This document shows, piece by piece, positions 37,762 through 45,620 of a DNA stretch of 54,949 nucleotides. The stretch is taken from the IMG/VR virus record IMGVR_UViG_3300046171_000241; one strand, written 5' to 3'. The notes under the pieces were generated by a model. It saw only the letters and a list, made by a program, of their open reading frames with translations, was not told where the DNA came from and made no database searches. Position 1 is the first letter of the stretch, and every line of letters starts with the position of its first letter. A program made the position numbers and the translations under genes. Source of the DNA: an uncultured virus (IMG/VR IMGVR_UViG_3300046171_000241). Lineage: Duplodnaviria; Heunggongvirae; Uroviricota; Caudoviricetes.

Positions 37762-38429
37762 ATAGTGAATACTTCGTGTCCAAGTTCTAAATCGTCATTA
37801 TACTCTGAAATATAATTTATGGGAACATCTCTCTTTACTAACTCATGATTTATCTCATGGGTCATTTTACCACTTGCTAGTAATGTATCAACACACTCTT
37901 CAAATTCATCCAAATACTCCTCTGGAAAAATCCAATAGTTATCATCACAGTTTTGTGGAGGATGAATCGGAGTAGATGGGTGCTGTATGACAGCATTAAA
38001 CTTTTCTAAGTTAATATTTAAGTCACTAAATTTTTTCAAAATTTTGATATCAGGTCGAGTAAAAATAAACAAATCGTAGTCAACTTTACTCTCTCTAATC
38101 AAAGAAATTAAATTTTTATAATGATTCAATTGCACTACCCAAGTTGATGGGTGGTTGAAAAATTGAGAAGGAATATATGAGTATGCTTTGGGATTTAATG
38201 TTTTTACATACAGTTGATCCAATTGCTCATTTGCATTATACGTACTGAAATAGTAATCTATTTCAGCATCACCCAAATCATCATGTAACATCTCTTGATG
38301 ATTTTTTAAAATTTCTTCTGCAAAGGATATTGTCTCTTCACTCAAACCTTCAGAAAGAACTCTCTTATAAAGAAAAAATCCCTTATAACTAATTGCTACT
38401 TTCATAGTTCTACATTTCAATTTGATCAC
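37752..38429 (-). CDS. hypothetical protein (possible glycosyltransferase)
   Basis: YDLFIFTRPD motif; AT-rich; likely start MKVAISY. Confidence 0.6.
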   Translation of the reverse strand: MIKLKCRTMKVAISYKGFFLYKRVLSEGLSEETISFAEEILKNHQEMLHDDLGDAEIDYYFSTYNANEQLDQLYVKTLNPKAYSYIPSQFFNHPSTWVVQLNHYKNLISLIRESKVDYDLFIFTRPDIKILKKFSDLNINLEKFNAVIQHPSTPIHPPQNCDDNYWIFPEEYLDEFEECVDTLLASGKMTHEINHELVKRDVPINYISEYNDDLELGHEVFTICR

Positions 38430-39452
38430 GAATCCAGTTATACGTTTTACGAATACCTTCTTCTAAAGTTTGTTCATAATCCCATCCAAGTTTCTCACGA
38501 ATAAGATCATTATTAGAGTTTCGACCGCGAACTCCAAGAGGTCCATCAATATGAATCTTAGAAACTTCTTTACCAGCAACCTTGGCAGCAGTCTCTACCA
38601 ATTGATTGATAGTAACCATCTCCTCAGATCCAATGTTTACAGGACCCATAAAGTCAGAGTCCATCAGTCGTCGGGTTGCTTCAATACATTCATCGATATA
38701 CAAGAAGGATCTTGTTTGTTCTCCATCACCCCACACCTCAACAGCACCACCCTCTGTTGGGAGGTAAGCGACTTTGCGGCAGATTGCAGCTGGTGCTTTC
38801 TCTCGTCCACCTTCCCAGGTTCCTTCTGGTCCGAAGATATTGTGGTAGCGAGCAATCCTAACAGGAATGCCGTGATTCCTATTATAAGTGAGATACAACC
38901 GCTCGCTGAAGAGTTTTTCCCAACCGTATTCGGAGTCTGGTGCTGCGGGGTATGCGTCATTTTCTTTCAGTCCAGGATTATCTGTTTCTTCTTGAGCATA
39001 CTCTGGGTATGCACATGCAGAACTAGAATAGAAGATTTTGGGATATTTCTTACTTGCCTCTACCCATTTCTTCCTGCAACTCGAAGAACATGTAGATTAA
39101 TAGTCACAGAGTTTTGCATAATCTCTGCATCATTCTCACCACTAAAAACAAAACCAGCACCACCCATATCAGCAGCAAACTGATAAACCTCATCAAAAGG
39201 TTCTACCATTTTATATGGAATTTCATAATAATAATTGCCAAGGTATCCTTTGAACTTCATACACTGTCTAACTTGATCATAATTCGTCAAGTTAGTGACA
39301 ATGAACTCATTAGCTTCCGTCTCAGAAAACTCAGGGCGTTTTACATCAACCCCACGCACCCAATAACCCTCTGCGCGAAGACGTTTGACCATATGACTTC
39401 CAATGAAGCCTCCAGCACCTAGGACGAGTGCCGTTTTCTTATACTCGCTCAT
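38410..39452 (-). CDS. NAD-dependent epimerase, GDP-mannose 3,5-epimerase-like (frameshifted in this sequence)
   Basis: LGAGGFIG, FAADMGGAG, FYSSSAC, YGWEK and GGREKAPAAICRK across three frames; breaks near 39075 and 38900. Confidence 0.85.
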
Positions 39453-39488
39453 TTACCTAATCAATAATCATAGTATTTATTATACCCC

Positions 39489-40010
39489 TCAAAGGTATTT
39501 TTCGCAATCCTCAAATGATTTGCCTTCACCATCCCTCTCGGACAAGATAGGATGTGAGATACCCCAAGAGATATCTAGAGAGTTCCAAAGAAGAACTCTT
39601 TCGTGTTCTGGATACCAGTATTCTGTAGTCTTGTAGCAGATCTGTGCGTTCTCACTCAGAGTCAAAAATCCGTGAGCAAAACCAGGAGGAACCCAAAGTT
39701 GCAACTCTGGGCGATCCAGTTTCACACTATACCATTCACCGAAAGTTTCTGATGATTGACGAAGATCTACGATTGTATCCAATATAGATCCCCTAATACA
39801 TCGAACAAGTTTTCCTTGAGGATTTTTAATTTGATAGTGAAGTCCTCTTAAGACATTACGTGTTGATGAAGAGTGATTATCTTGAACAAAATCATATCCA
39901 AGACGGAAAGTTTTCTTATTATATGATTCAAGAAAATATCCTCTTTGATCAACATATTTCGGAGACTCAAAGAGTAGAGCATCCTTTACATTTAGTTCAA
40001 CGATTTTCAT
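39489..40010 (-). CDS. rfbC: dTDP-4-dehydrorhamnose 3,5-epimerase
   Basis: DQRGYF, QDNHS, LRGLHYQ and PPGFAHGF. Confidence 0.93.
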   Translation of the reverse strand: MKIVELNVKDALLFESPKYVDQRGYFLESYNKKTFRLGYDFVQDNHSSSTRNVLRGLHYQIKNPQGKLVRCIRGSILDTIVDLRQSSETFGEWYSVKLDRPELQLWVPPGFAHGFLTLSENAQICYKTTEYWYPEHERVLLWNSLDISWGISHPILSERDGEGKSFEDCEKYL

Positions 40011-40923
40011 ACCAATTAATTGTTTCTATAAGTGCTCGGTCAAAATCGAACCTTGACTTCCATCCTAGATGCTTTTTGATTTTTTGACAATCAATAGAAT
40101 ACCTAAAATCATGACCTGGACGATTCTTTACAAATTCAATATCTGAGTAATCCTTTTTCATATAAGAAATAATCTTACTTACTACTGCAAGATTATTCAG
40201 TTCAGTTCCACCACCAATATTATAGTTCTCTCCAATCTCACCTTTCTTCCATACTTCAATCAATGCTTCACAATGATCCTGAACATACAACCAATCTCTG
40301 ATTTCTTTACCCTCTCCATATACAGTGACCTTTTGTCCACGAAGTAGATTAGTAATTGCTTTAGGAATAAACTTTTCAGAACTCTGCCTAGGACCAAAGT
40401 TATTTGAACAGTTAGTTATCACAGCAGGAAGATTGTATGTATTTACATATGCTTTTACAAAGTGATCGCTAGATGCCTTTGATGCTGAGTAAGGGTTCTG
40501 TGGATCATATGGTGTGTTTTCTGTAAAAGATGAGTCATACTCACGAAGAGATCCATATACTTCATCTGTTGAGATATGCATAAACTTCTTTACACCACAT
40601 TCAAGAGATGAATTCATAAGATTGATTGTACCAATCACATTCGTTTCAACAAATGGGATACAATCCTTAATGGAATTATCAACATGACTTTCTGCTGCTA
40701 GATGAAAGACATACTCTGGTCGATGTTTGTCAAAGATCTCGTCAATAACATATCTATCAGCAATATCGACTGGATATAAAGTTACAAACTCAGGAACATT
40801 ATCTACATCCGACGCATCAGTCAGATAATCGATTACAATAATATCACTGTCATAAAGATCAATGAGATTATGTAGTAAATTACTACCTATAAATCCAGCG
40901 GCACCAGTGATAATTAAACTCAT
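39997..40923 (-). CDS. rfbB: dTDP-glucose 4,6-dehydratase
   Basis: TGAAGFIG, HLAAESHVD, STDEVYG, YSASK and RPGHDFRY. Confidence 0.93.
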   Translation of the reverse strand: MSLIITGAAGFIGSNLLHNLIDLYDSDIIVIDYLTDASDVDNVPEFVTLYPVDIADRYVIDEIFDKHRPEYVFHLAAESHVDNSIKDCIPFVETNVIGTINLMNSSLECGVKKFMHISTDEVYGSLREYDSSFTENTPYDPQNPYSASKASSDHFVKAYVNTYNLPAVITNCSNNFGPRQSSEKFIPKAITNLLRGQKVTVYGEGKEIRDWLYVQDHCEALIEVWKKGEIGENYNIGGGTELNNLAVVSKIISYMKKDYSDIEFVKNRPGHDFRYSIDCQKIKKHLGWKSRFDFDRALIETINWYENR

Positions 40924-41432
40924 TGCATATCCATAGGATAGTTCGGCATATACTTCTCTAAGAGTTTTGGTGAGTGTGGTTTTATCGGATTTTTAATCGG
41001 AGGTTCCTTTTTCTTTTGACTCTCCAATTCATAGACCCTATTACGAAGTTCTGTGGAAGAGTATTGATGACGGCGTTTGTGATAATGCAACTTAATTCCA
41101 TTATCGATACAATATTGTTTCCCAGTAAAATCTCTATCCAAATATTCTTCACTCAAAAATCTAATATTGATTGTTTGAGTTTTGATCATGTTTAAAAGAT
41201 CTGCCTCTGTTTCATAAACAAGAATCTCATCGACATACTTACATCCATGAACTTGAACGTATCTTTCGTAGACAGATTGTGTAGGTTTATTTTTAATTCC
41301 AGGTCTATCAATGGTAGGATCAACCTGAAGTCCTACGATCAAATAATCGCATAATTGTTTTTCCATTTTCAACATTGTAACATGCCCAGCATGAAACAAA
41401 TCAAATGAACTGCAATTAAATCCTATTATCAT
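40920..41432 (-). CDS. cytidylyltransferase (TagD/RfaE-like)
   Basis: FDLFHAGH and SSTELR; start at MIIGF follows a TTGACA-17-TATAAT promoter. Confidence 0.85.
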   Translation of the reverse strand: MIIGFNCSSFDLFHAGHVTMLKMEKQLCDYLIVGLQVDPTIDRPGIKNKPTQSVYERYVQVHGCKYVDEILVYETEADLLNMIKTQTINIRFLSEEYLDRDFTGKQYCIDNGIKLHYHKRRHQYSSTELRNRVYELESQKKKEPPIKNPIKPHSPKLLEKYMPNYPMDMQ

Positions 41433-41450
41433 ATCACTAGTTTTTTTCAG

Positions 41451-41487
41451 ATTATACAAAAAAAGACCCTTGGTGTCAAGGATCTTT
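41451..41487 (-). promoter_or_regulatory. terminator overlapping a sigma70 promoter at the head of the polysaccharide island
   Basis: AAAGATCCTTGACACCAAGGGTCTTTTTTTGTATAAT. Confidence 0.65.
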
Positions 41488-41497
41488 ATGTGGTCTT

Positions 41498-41592
41498 TGC
41501 AGGCTCGCCACTTACTTTTTACCTGAAGTAAGAAACAGGGCGGGAGTGTTACCTCCATCCGCACCACTTACTCTTAGGTAAAGTAAGAAACC
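41498..41592 (-). ncRNA. wcaG-like RNA motif
   Basis: Two TGGYG motifs (GTGGTGCGG, GTGGCGAGCC), each after a CTTACT/AGTAAG hairpin, upstream of polysaccharide genes. Confidence 0.7.
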
Positions 41593-41594
41593 TA

Positions 41595-41786
41595 TTAGTT
41601 CCAGAGTGCTTGAACTTTTGCTTCAAGTTCTATGAACCTTGCATCAACTTCTTGTTGTGCTGAATCGCTGGATTCTAACGCTGCAACCTTTGCTTCAAGT
41701 GCTTTGAGTCTTGCTTCGACTTCTACATCATACTTTGACATCGCTGCACCGCTTGCAGATCTTGCTGCCTTTCCTTGTGTTGACAT
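41595..41786 (-). CDS. small coiled-coil protein
   Basis: SASGAAMSKYDVEVEARLKALE. Confidence 0.7.
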   Translation of the reverse strand: MSTQGKAARSASGAAMSKYDVEVEARLKALEAKVAALESSDSAQQEVDARFIELEAKVQALWN

Positions 41787-41890
41787 TTTAATTAAATAAT
41801 AACTCTTGTATTATTTAGTTTTTAGAGGGTCTAATGACTCCACCAGTTCTGTTTAAGTCCATCCGTGACTTGGGGGTATCCCGACCAGGG

Positions 41891-42133
41891 CTAGTTTACA
41901 CGACTTACCGAGTCTTTAGTATAACAAGGTACACCTTCTGGATCTAACCATTTGGTGTACTCAAAGTCATCAATCGCAGTCAGAGTTGCATCTGATTATC
42001 AAGGAGGATACATGTCACTGTATCGCTTGGACCTAGTGATGTGCCTTCTGAATACGATAGTCTGGCATACCATGTTTCTAGTGTGCCAGACTCAACATAA
42101 CGATACGGGAAACGCTTCTAGAAGAACTTTCAC
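41891..42133 (-). CDS. hypothetical protein, multiply frameshifted
   Basis: Coherent peptide pieces in shifting frames (FPYRYVESGTLE, PDYRIQKA, DNQMQL, DDFEYTKWLDPEGVPCY). Confidence 0.5.
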
Positions 42134-42148
42134 GCTACCTCCACTGAT

Positions 42149-42347
42149 TCAAGATCGACAGCAGACTTGCTCCAACAGAATATCATAATCATCAAGGGCA
42201 TCGCCAGAGAAGACGACACCAGTGTTTTCATAATAACGACGGACCTTTTTGAGAAGTTTCGGATTCTTCACATCCAGGAAGAACTCTCCATTTACCGCAC
42301 CCCTAAGAGTTTGGATATCTTTCTTGAACTTAGTAGTCAGTGTCATT
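42149..42347 (-). CDS. hypothetical protein
   Basis: MTLTTKFKKD...FFLDVKNPKL; downstream of a promoter; 3' end possibly shifted. Confidence 0.6.
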
Positions 42348-42398
42348 GTTCGTTTGTTGACCTTAGTATTATAAGGGTTTGACAGGGTTTCTGTCAAG

Positions 42399-42471
42399 TG
42401 CTTCCTGTGAGGATCGAACTCACCTTAGGCAAATTATGAGTTTGCTGCATTCACCAGATTGCTAAGGAAGC
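42399..42471 (-). tRNA. tRNA with CAT anticodon (elongator Met or Ile2)
   Basis: Cloverleaf with GCAAA-CTCATAA-TTTGC and a GTTCGAT T-loop; G1:C72 pair, so not an initiator. Confidence 0.88.
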
Positions 42472-42474
42472 AAA

Positions 42475-42546
42475 TAGGACTGCTGGGAATTGAACCCAGT
42501 TTACCCCGTTATAAGCAGAGAGCATTAACCAATATGCGACAGTCCC
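42475..42546 (-). tRNA. tRNA-Ile (TAT)
   Basis: CTCTG-CTTATAA-CGGGG anticodon arm and a GTTCAAT T-loop. Confidence 0.82.
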
Positions 42547-42719
42547 TTAGGATCCTTCGTTGTTTGCTCTGTGTATATTCGTATGAGTTCATCATCCGCT
42601 GGAACCATCACTGCTCTTTCCCCTTTATCGTTCTCTACACCTATAGTCTCTCCACTCTCCACTCTCTCCATGAGAGTTTCCCAGTTCTCCTGCCAGTATT
42701 CCACAGAATAAAATTTCAT
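42525..42719 (-). CDS. hypothetical protein, weakly Phd/YefM-like
   Basis: Pattern N...LMERVESGETIGV...AVMVP; the 3' end overlaps the tRNA and may be shifted. Confidence 0.55.
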   Translation of the reverse strand: MKFYSVEYWQENWETLMERVESGETIGVENDKGERAVMVPADDELIRIYTEQTTKDPKGLSHIG

Positions 42720-42738
42720 CGTTGTAGTATGTATGTAA

Positions 42739-43215
42739 TTAGAAATAGTTAATTATGATATTTGCTCTATATTCTTGATCGGTACAAGTTGTGCTGCGAT
42801 GCAATTTAGACGGATCAAAAAAAAGTGCTCTATTTTCAATAGATTTTATTTTTGCCTGCCCCTTGATATCAGTCCTCCCGTTATTAGTATTCAAATAGTA
42901 AATCAAACCTTTGTGCTCATCAGAAAGATCTATGTGCCATTTATGTTTTTTTCTAAAAAAAGTTTTAGGATAAAGATTATACTTGACTCTAAAAATTTGT
43001 TTATGTTTTATTTTACTTAAAATGGGTGCAAGTATATTATAATCTCCATAAATCTTATTAGATTCTGAAACGAGGTGTGTAAAATATATTCCATCATTCA
43101 TATAATTATCAGATACTCCATTACTCAAATAAAACGGAAAGTTTCTATTATTGAGTGTATTTGAAATAATAGATTTAAAATCCCGATGACTCAAAAAGTT
43201 ATCAATAATTTTCAT
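42739..43215 (-). CDS. 2OG-Fe(II) oxygenase-like protein
   Basis: MKIIDNFL, WHID, IYYLNTNNG, ENR, H.STTCTD and R..I.INY; very AT-rich. Confidence 0.8.
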   Translation of the reverse strand: MKIIDNFLSHRDFKSIISNTLNNRNFPFYLSNGVSDNYMNDGIYFTHLVSESNKIYGDYNILAPILSKIKHKQIFRVKYNLYPKTFFRKKHKWHIDLSDEHKGLIYYLNTNNGRTDIKGQAKIKSIENRALFFDPSKLHRSTTCTDQEYRANIIINYF

Positions 43216-43230
43216 GACTTTTTTTGATAA

Positions 43231-43304
43231 TCGGGGTGACAGGATTTGAACCTACGGCCGCTCGCTCCCAAAGCGAGTGCTCTACCAAACTGAGCTACAC
43301 CCCG
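43231..43304 (-). tRNA. tRNA-Pro (TGG)
   Basis: CGGGGTGTAGCTCAG...CTCGC-TTTGGGA-GCGAG...GGTTCAAATCC. Confidence 0.93.
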
Positions 43305-43360
43305 TGGTGGTAGTTCCTATCGCCGCTAACCCTGAACTACCAAGGAGGTTACCGCAACTA

Positions 43361-43543
43361 TTAGACTCGACCTACTAATGATAGCACACCGTGCGAATAA
43401 AACGCAAGGAGGATACCGCCGAGGATAGCACTTATAATTGTAGCAGTTTTATTGTGTTTGTCAATTGCTTTGTCAATCATTTCCTGGCACTGCTTCTCAG
43501 TGATATAGTGCTCAGGTTTGATTTCATCCATCCTGTGAGACAT
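43361..43543 (-). CDS. small membrane protein
   Basis: CQEMIDKAIDKHN followed by a transmembrane helix. Confidence 0.65.
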   Translation of the reverse strand: MSHRMDEIKPEHYITEKQCQEMIDKAIDKHNKTATIISAILGGILLAFYSHGVLSLVGRV

Positions 43544-43756
43544 TTGGTAAATTACTCATCGGGTCCGGTTGCCCGCTTACTATAGCACAAGCTCTCTTGT
43601 AAAAGTAGTTGTCTGTTGTGCCGTTTTCCTCAAATTTCTCTTTGATGATTTGCCAATTTGCCAGTTCGTCTGGATGCATGATTGGTAGAAAGAATGCCTA
43701 CACACTATCTAGTGTATCAGCTTGTTACAAAAAGATTAAATATGTGGAAATTATAA

Positions 43757-43843
43757 CGGAAGAGGTGGGATTTGAACCCACGGAGGACTTGCACCCTCGC
43801 TGGTTTTCAAGACCAGTGCCATAAACCACTCGACCACTCTTCC
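43757..43843 (-). tRNA. tRNA-Ser (TGA)
   Basis: CTGGT-CTTGAAA-ACCAG with a long variable arm. Confidence 0.93.
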
Positions 43844-44092
43844 CTATTTGACTTCAAAGTCCAGTCTGCGAACCTTGCGTCTACGTCTCTCCTCTTGATA
43901 GAGAAGTTCTGTTCTAGAGAAATGACTATCAATCTTATTCTCTACGTTGTTGGATACCATTACAACTTTGTCTAAGTCAACGGCACCAACTTTGTTATCC
44001 ACAACTCTTACTTGATTGGGGCAACCGCAGAACTGAACTTTACTAGTGCTTGTCAGTTCTGTTGCACATTCTTTGCAGCGTACAGTAATCAT
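43844..44092 (-). CDS. small Cys-rich (zinc-ribbon-like) protein
   Basis: MITVRCKEC...CGCPN; start placed downstream of tRNA-Val. Confidence 0.7.
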   Translation of the reverse strand: MITVRCKECATELTSTSKVQFCGCPNQVRVVDNKVGAVDLDKVVMVSNNVENKIDSHFSRTELLYQEERRRRKVRRLDFEVK

Positions 44093-44117
44093 TGGACATG
44101 TTCCTCCTTGGTGGGAA

Positions 44118-44189
44118 TGCTTGATGACGGGATCGAACCGCCGACCTACTCCGTGTAAAGGAGTCACTCTACCGCTGAGTTAATCAAGC
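44118..44189 (-). tRNA. tRNA-Val (TAC)
   Basis: ACTCC-TTTACAC-GGAGT and a GTTCGAT T-loop. Confidence 0.92.
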
Positions 44190-44325
44190 AAGACACTACA
44201 CTTATCCGTATGCTATATGGGCATCACACCCAGTATACTGACAGTATGTAGTGGAGCAAGAGAGTAACCAACTCTCAATCACAGTGTGGTTAGCACCGTC
44301 GCGGGCGAGCTCATTCCCCGTCGAA
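44190..44325 (-). ncRNA. multi-stem inter-tRNA RNA, possibly manA motif
   Basis: Stems GAGAGT/ACTCTC, CACTACA/TGTAGTG and TGGGT/GCCCA; no ORF; lies between tRNA-Asn and tRNA-Val. Confidence 0.5.
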
Positions 44326-44398
44326 CTCCTCCACCTGGACTCGAACCAGGGACAGGGTGATTAACAGTCACCTGCTCTACCAGCTGAGCTATAGAGGA
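44326..44398 (-). tRNA. tRNA-Asn (GTT)
   Basis: GGTGA-CTGTTAA-TCACC and a GTTCGAG T-loop. Confidence 0.93.
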
Positions 44399-44572
44399 TT
44401 ATTTTTTTGTTCCCTCTTTAGTTTGAAATACAGTTTATAGTACCTATCACACATTTCTCTAAGGACATCTCTGTCTTCATCGAATCCAAGTTTCTTGGTA
44501 TGTGTGTGGGAACCTTCTAACTCTGATATGAGCAGAAGAATTTCAACTGGTTTCATGTTCCTAAATCAGGAA

Positions 44573-44644
44573 AGCGGAGTATCGGAATCGAACCGACGAC
44601 ATCTAACTTGGAAGGATAGCGTTCTACCGCTGAACTAACTCCGC
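44573..44644 (-). tRNA. tRNA-Gly (TCC)
   Basis: GCGGAGT acceptor stem; CTTCCAA loop; one mismatch in the anticodon stem. Confidence 0.88.
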
Positions 44645-44697
44645 ATAGGTGGGCCTTACATGGAAGAGGAGGTGGTGGTGGTCTCTCCAATGCCCAG

Positions 44698-44771
44698 CGA
44701 CTCAGATAGGATTTGAACCTACGACCGACTGCTTAGAAGGCAGTTGCTCTATCCTGCTGAGCTATTGAGTC
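44698..44771 (-). tRNA. tRNA-Arg (TCT)
   Basis: ACTGC-CTTCTAA-GCAGT and a GGTTCAAATCC T-arm. Confidence 0.93.
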
Positions 44772-45001
44772 ATAGGTAGGGGATTAACCCCTTTCAACGC
44801 CGTCGTTGTTTTCGACAAAATCATCATACTGCTTTTCTGTGATTTCGTCAAGTGATACAACTTCTAAATCTTCTTTAGGGATCGAACCATTCATCAAACT
44901 CTGCCATGATGGCCATCTGATCGTAGATTCGTTCTACACCTTTGTCATTGTACTCTTGGACTTTACCAATTGCCCATTCACGAACTTCGGATACAATTTC
45001 T

Positions 45002-45445
45002 TCAGTCTCCACCATAATAGTCTTTTCGGAAGTACCTGCTGAGGATGTTACCATTGTAGTATGCAGGTCCTCCTGTGTCAAGGGATTCGGTGAGGACTCC
45101 GTTGAGGAAGAGTTGTTTTGTTTCTTCGAAGTTTGTTTTGCCAGGTGTTTTATGTAATGACAGGATAGTTCTACTAAAATTTTGTCTACCCAACCGTTCA
45201 ATGTCTTCTTTAAGTTCCGGACAAGACCCATAATACTTTTTCCAATCAGATTCTTTTTTTACTCGGCGTTTCTTTCCTGGAGGTTTCCGATGACTCCAAA
45301 AATACTTTCGCCCAATGTATTGTCGTTGGTTTGTGAGATTGGTAATGTTATAAACAAAACCATAGTAGTCGTGAACATCGTCACTAGTAAAAGGTCTCTC
45401 CAAATAGATCCATGGATTTTCATAATCAATATCGATACTCATCAA
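45002..45445 (-). CDS. GIY-YIG-like nuclease domain protein
   Basis: GFVYNITN...RQYIGRK and SDWKKYYGS. Confidence 0.7.
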   Translation of the reverse strand: MMSIDIDYENPWIYLERPFTSDDVHDYYGFVYNITNLTNQRQYIGRKYFWSHRKPPGKKRRVKKESDWKKYYGSCPELKEDIERLGRQNFSRTILSLHKTPGKTNFEETKQLFLNGVLTESLDTGGPAYYNGNILSRYFRKDYYGGD

Positions 45446-45620
45446 TAATGTTTAACACCTTGTCGAGATATTTATGTGCCATATCTCGATCCCCTGCCAT
45501 ATGGTATCAGGTTCATCGTATACATCATTTTTTAATTTGAGTACACGATTTTTTAACTCTTCTTTCTTCAGTTCATTCTTAGGCATAGGGGAAACTCATG
45601 TCCCCCTATTTAAGCACAAT

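Noticed and set aside
38470..39183. 237-aa plus-strand ORF and the other antisense ORFs in the track
   Set aside because: Antisense shadows of well-supported minus-strand genes, with no recognisable motifs.
41433..41567. N-terminal extension of the cytidylyltransferase
   Set aside because: It overlaps the wcaG-like RNA and the promoter.
43713..43729. NtcA-like box tGTAtcagcttgtTACa
   Set aside because: The spacer is 9 nt rather than 8.
45002..45445. Mobile homing endonuclease
   Set aside because: Only a short GIY-YIG-like domain without DNA-binding repeats, and not inside an intron, so mobility is unsupported.
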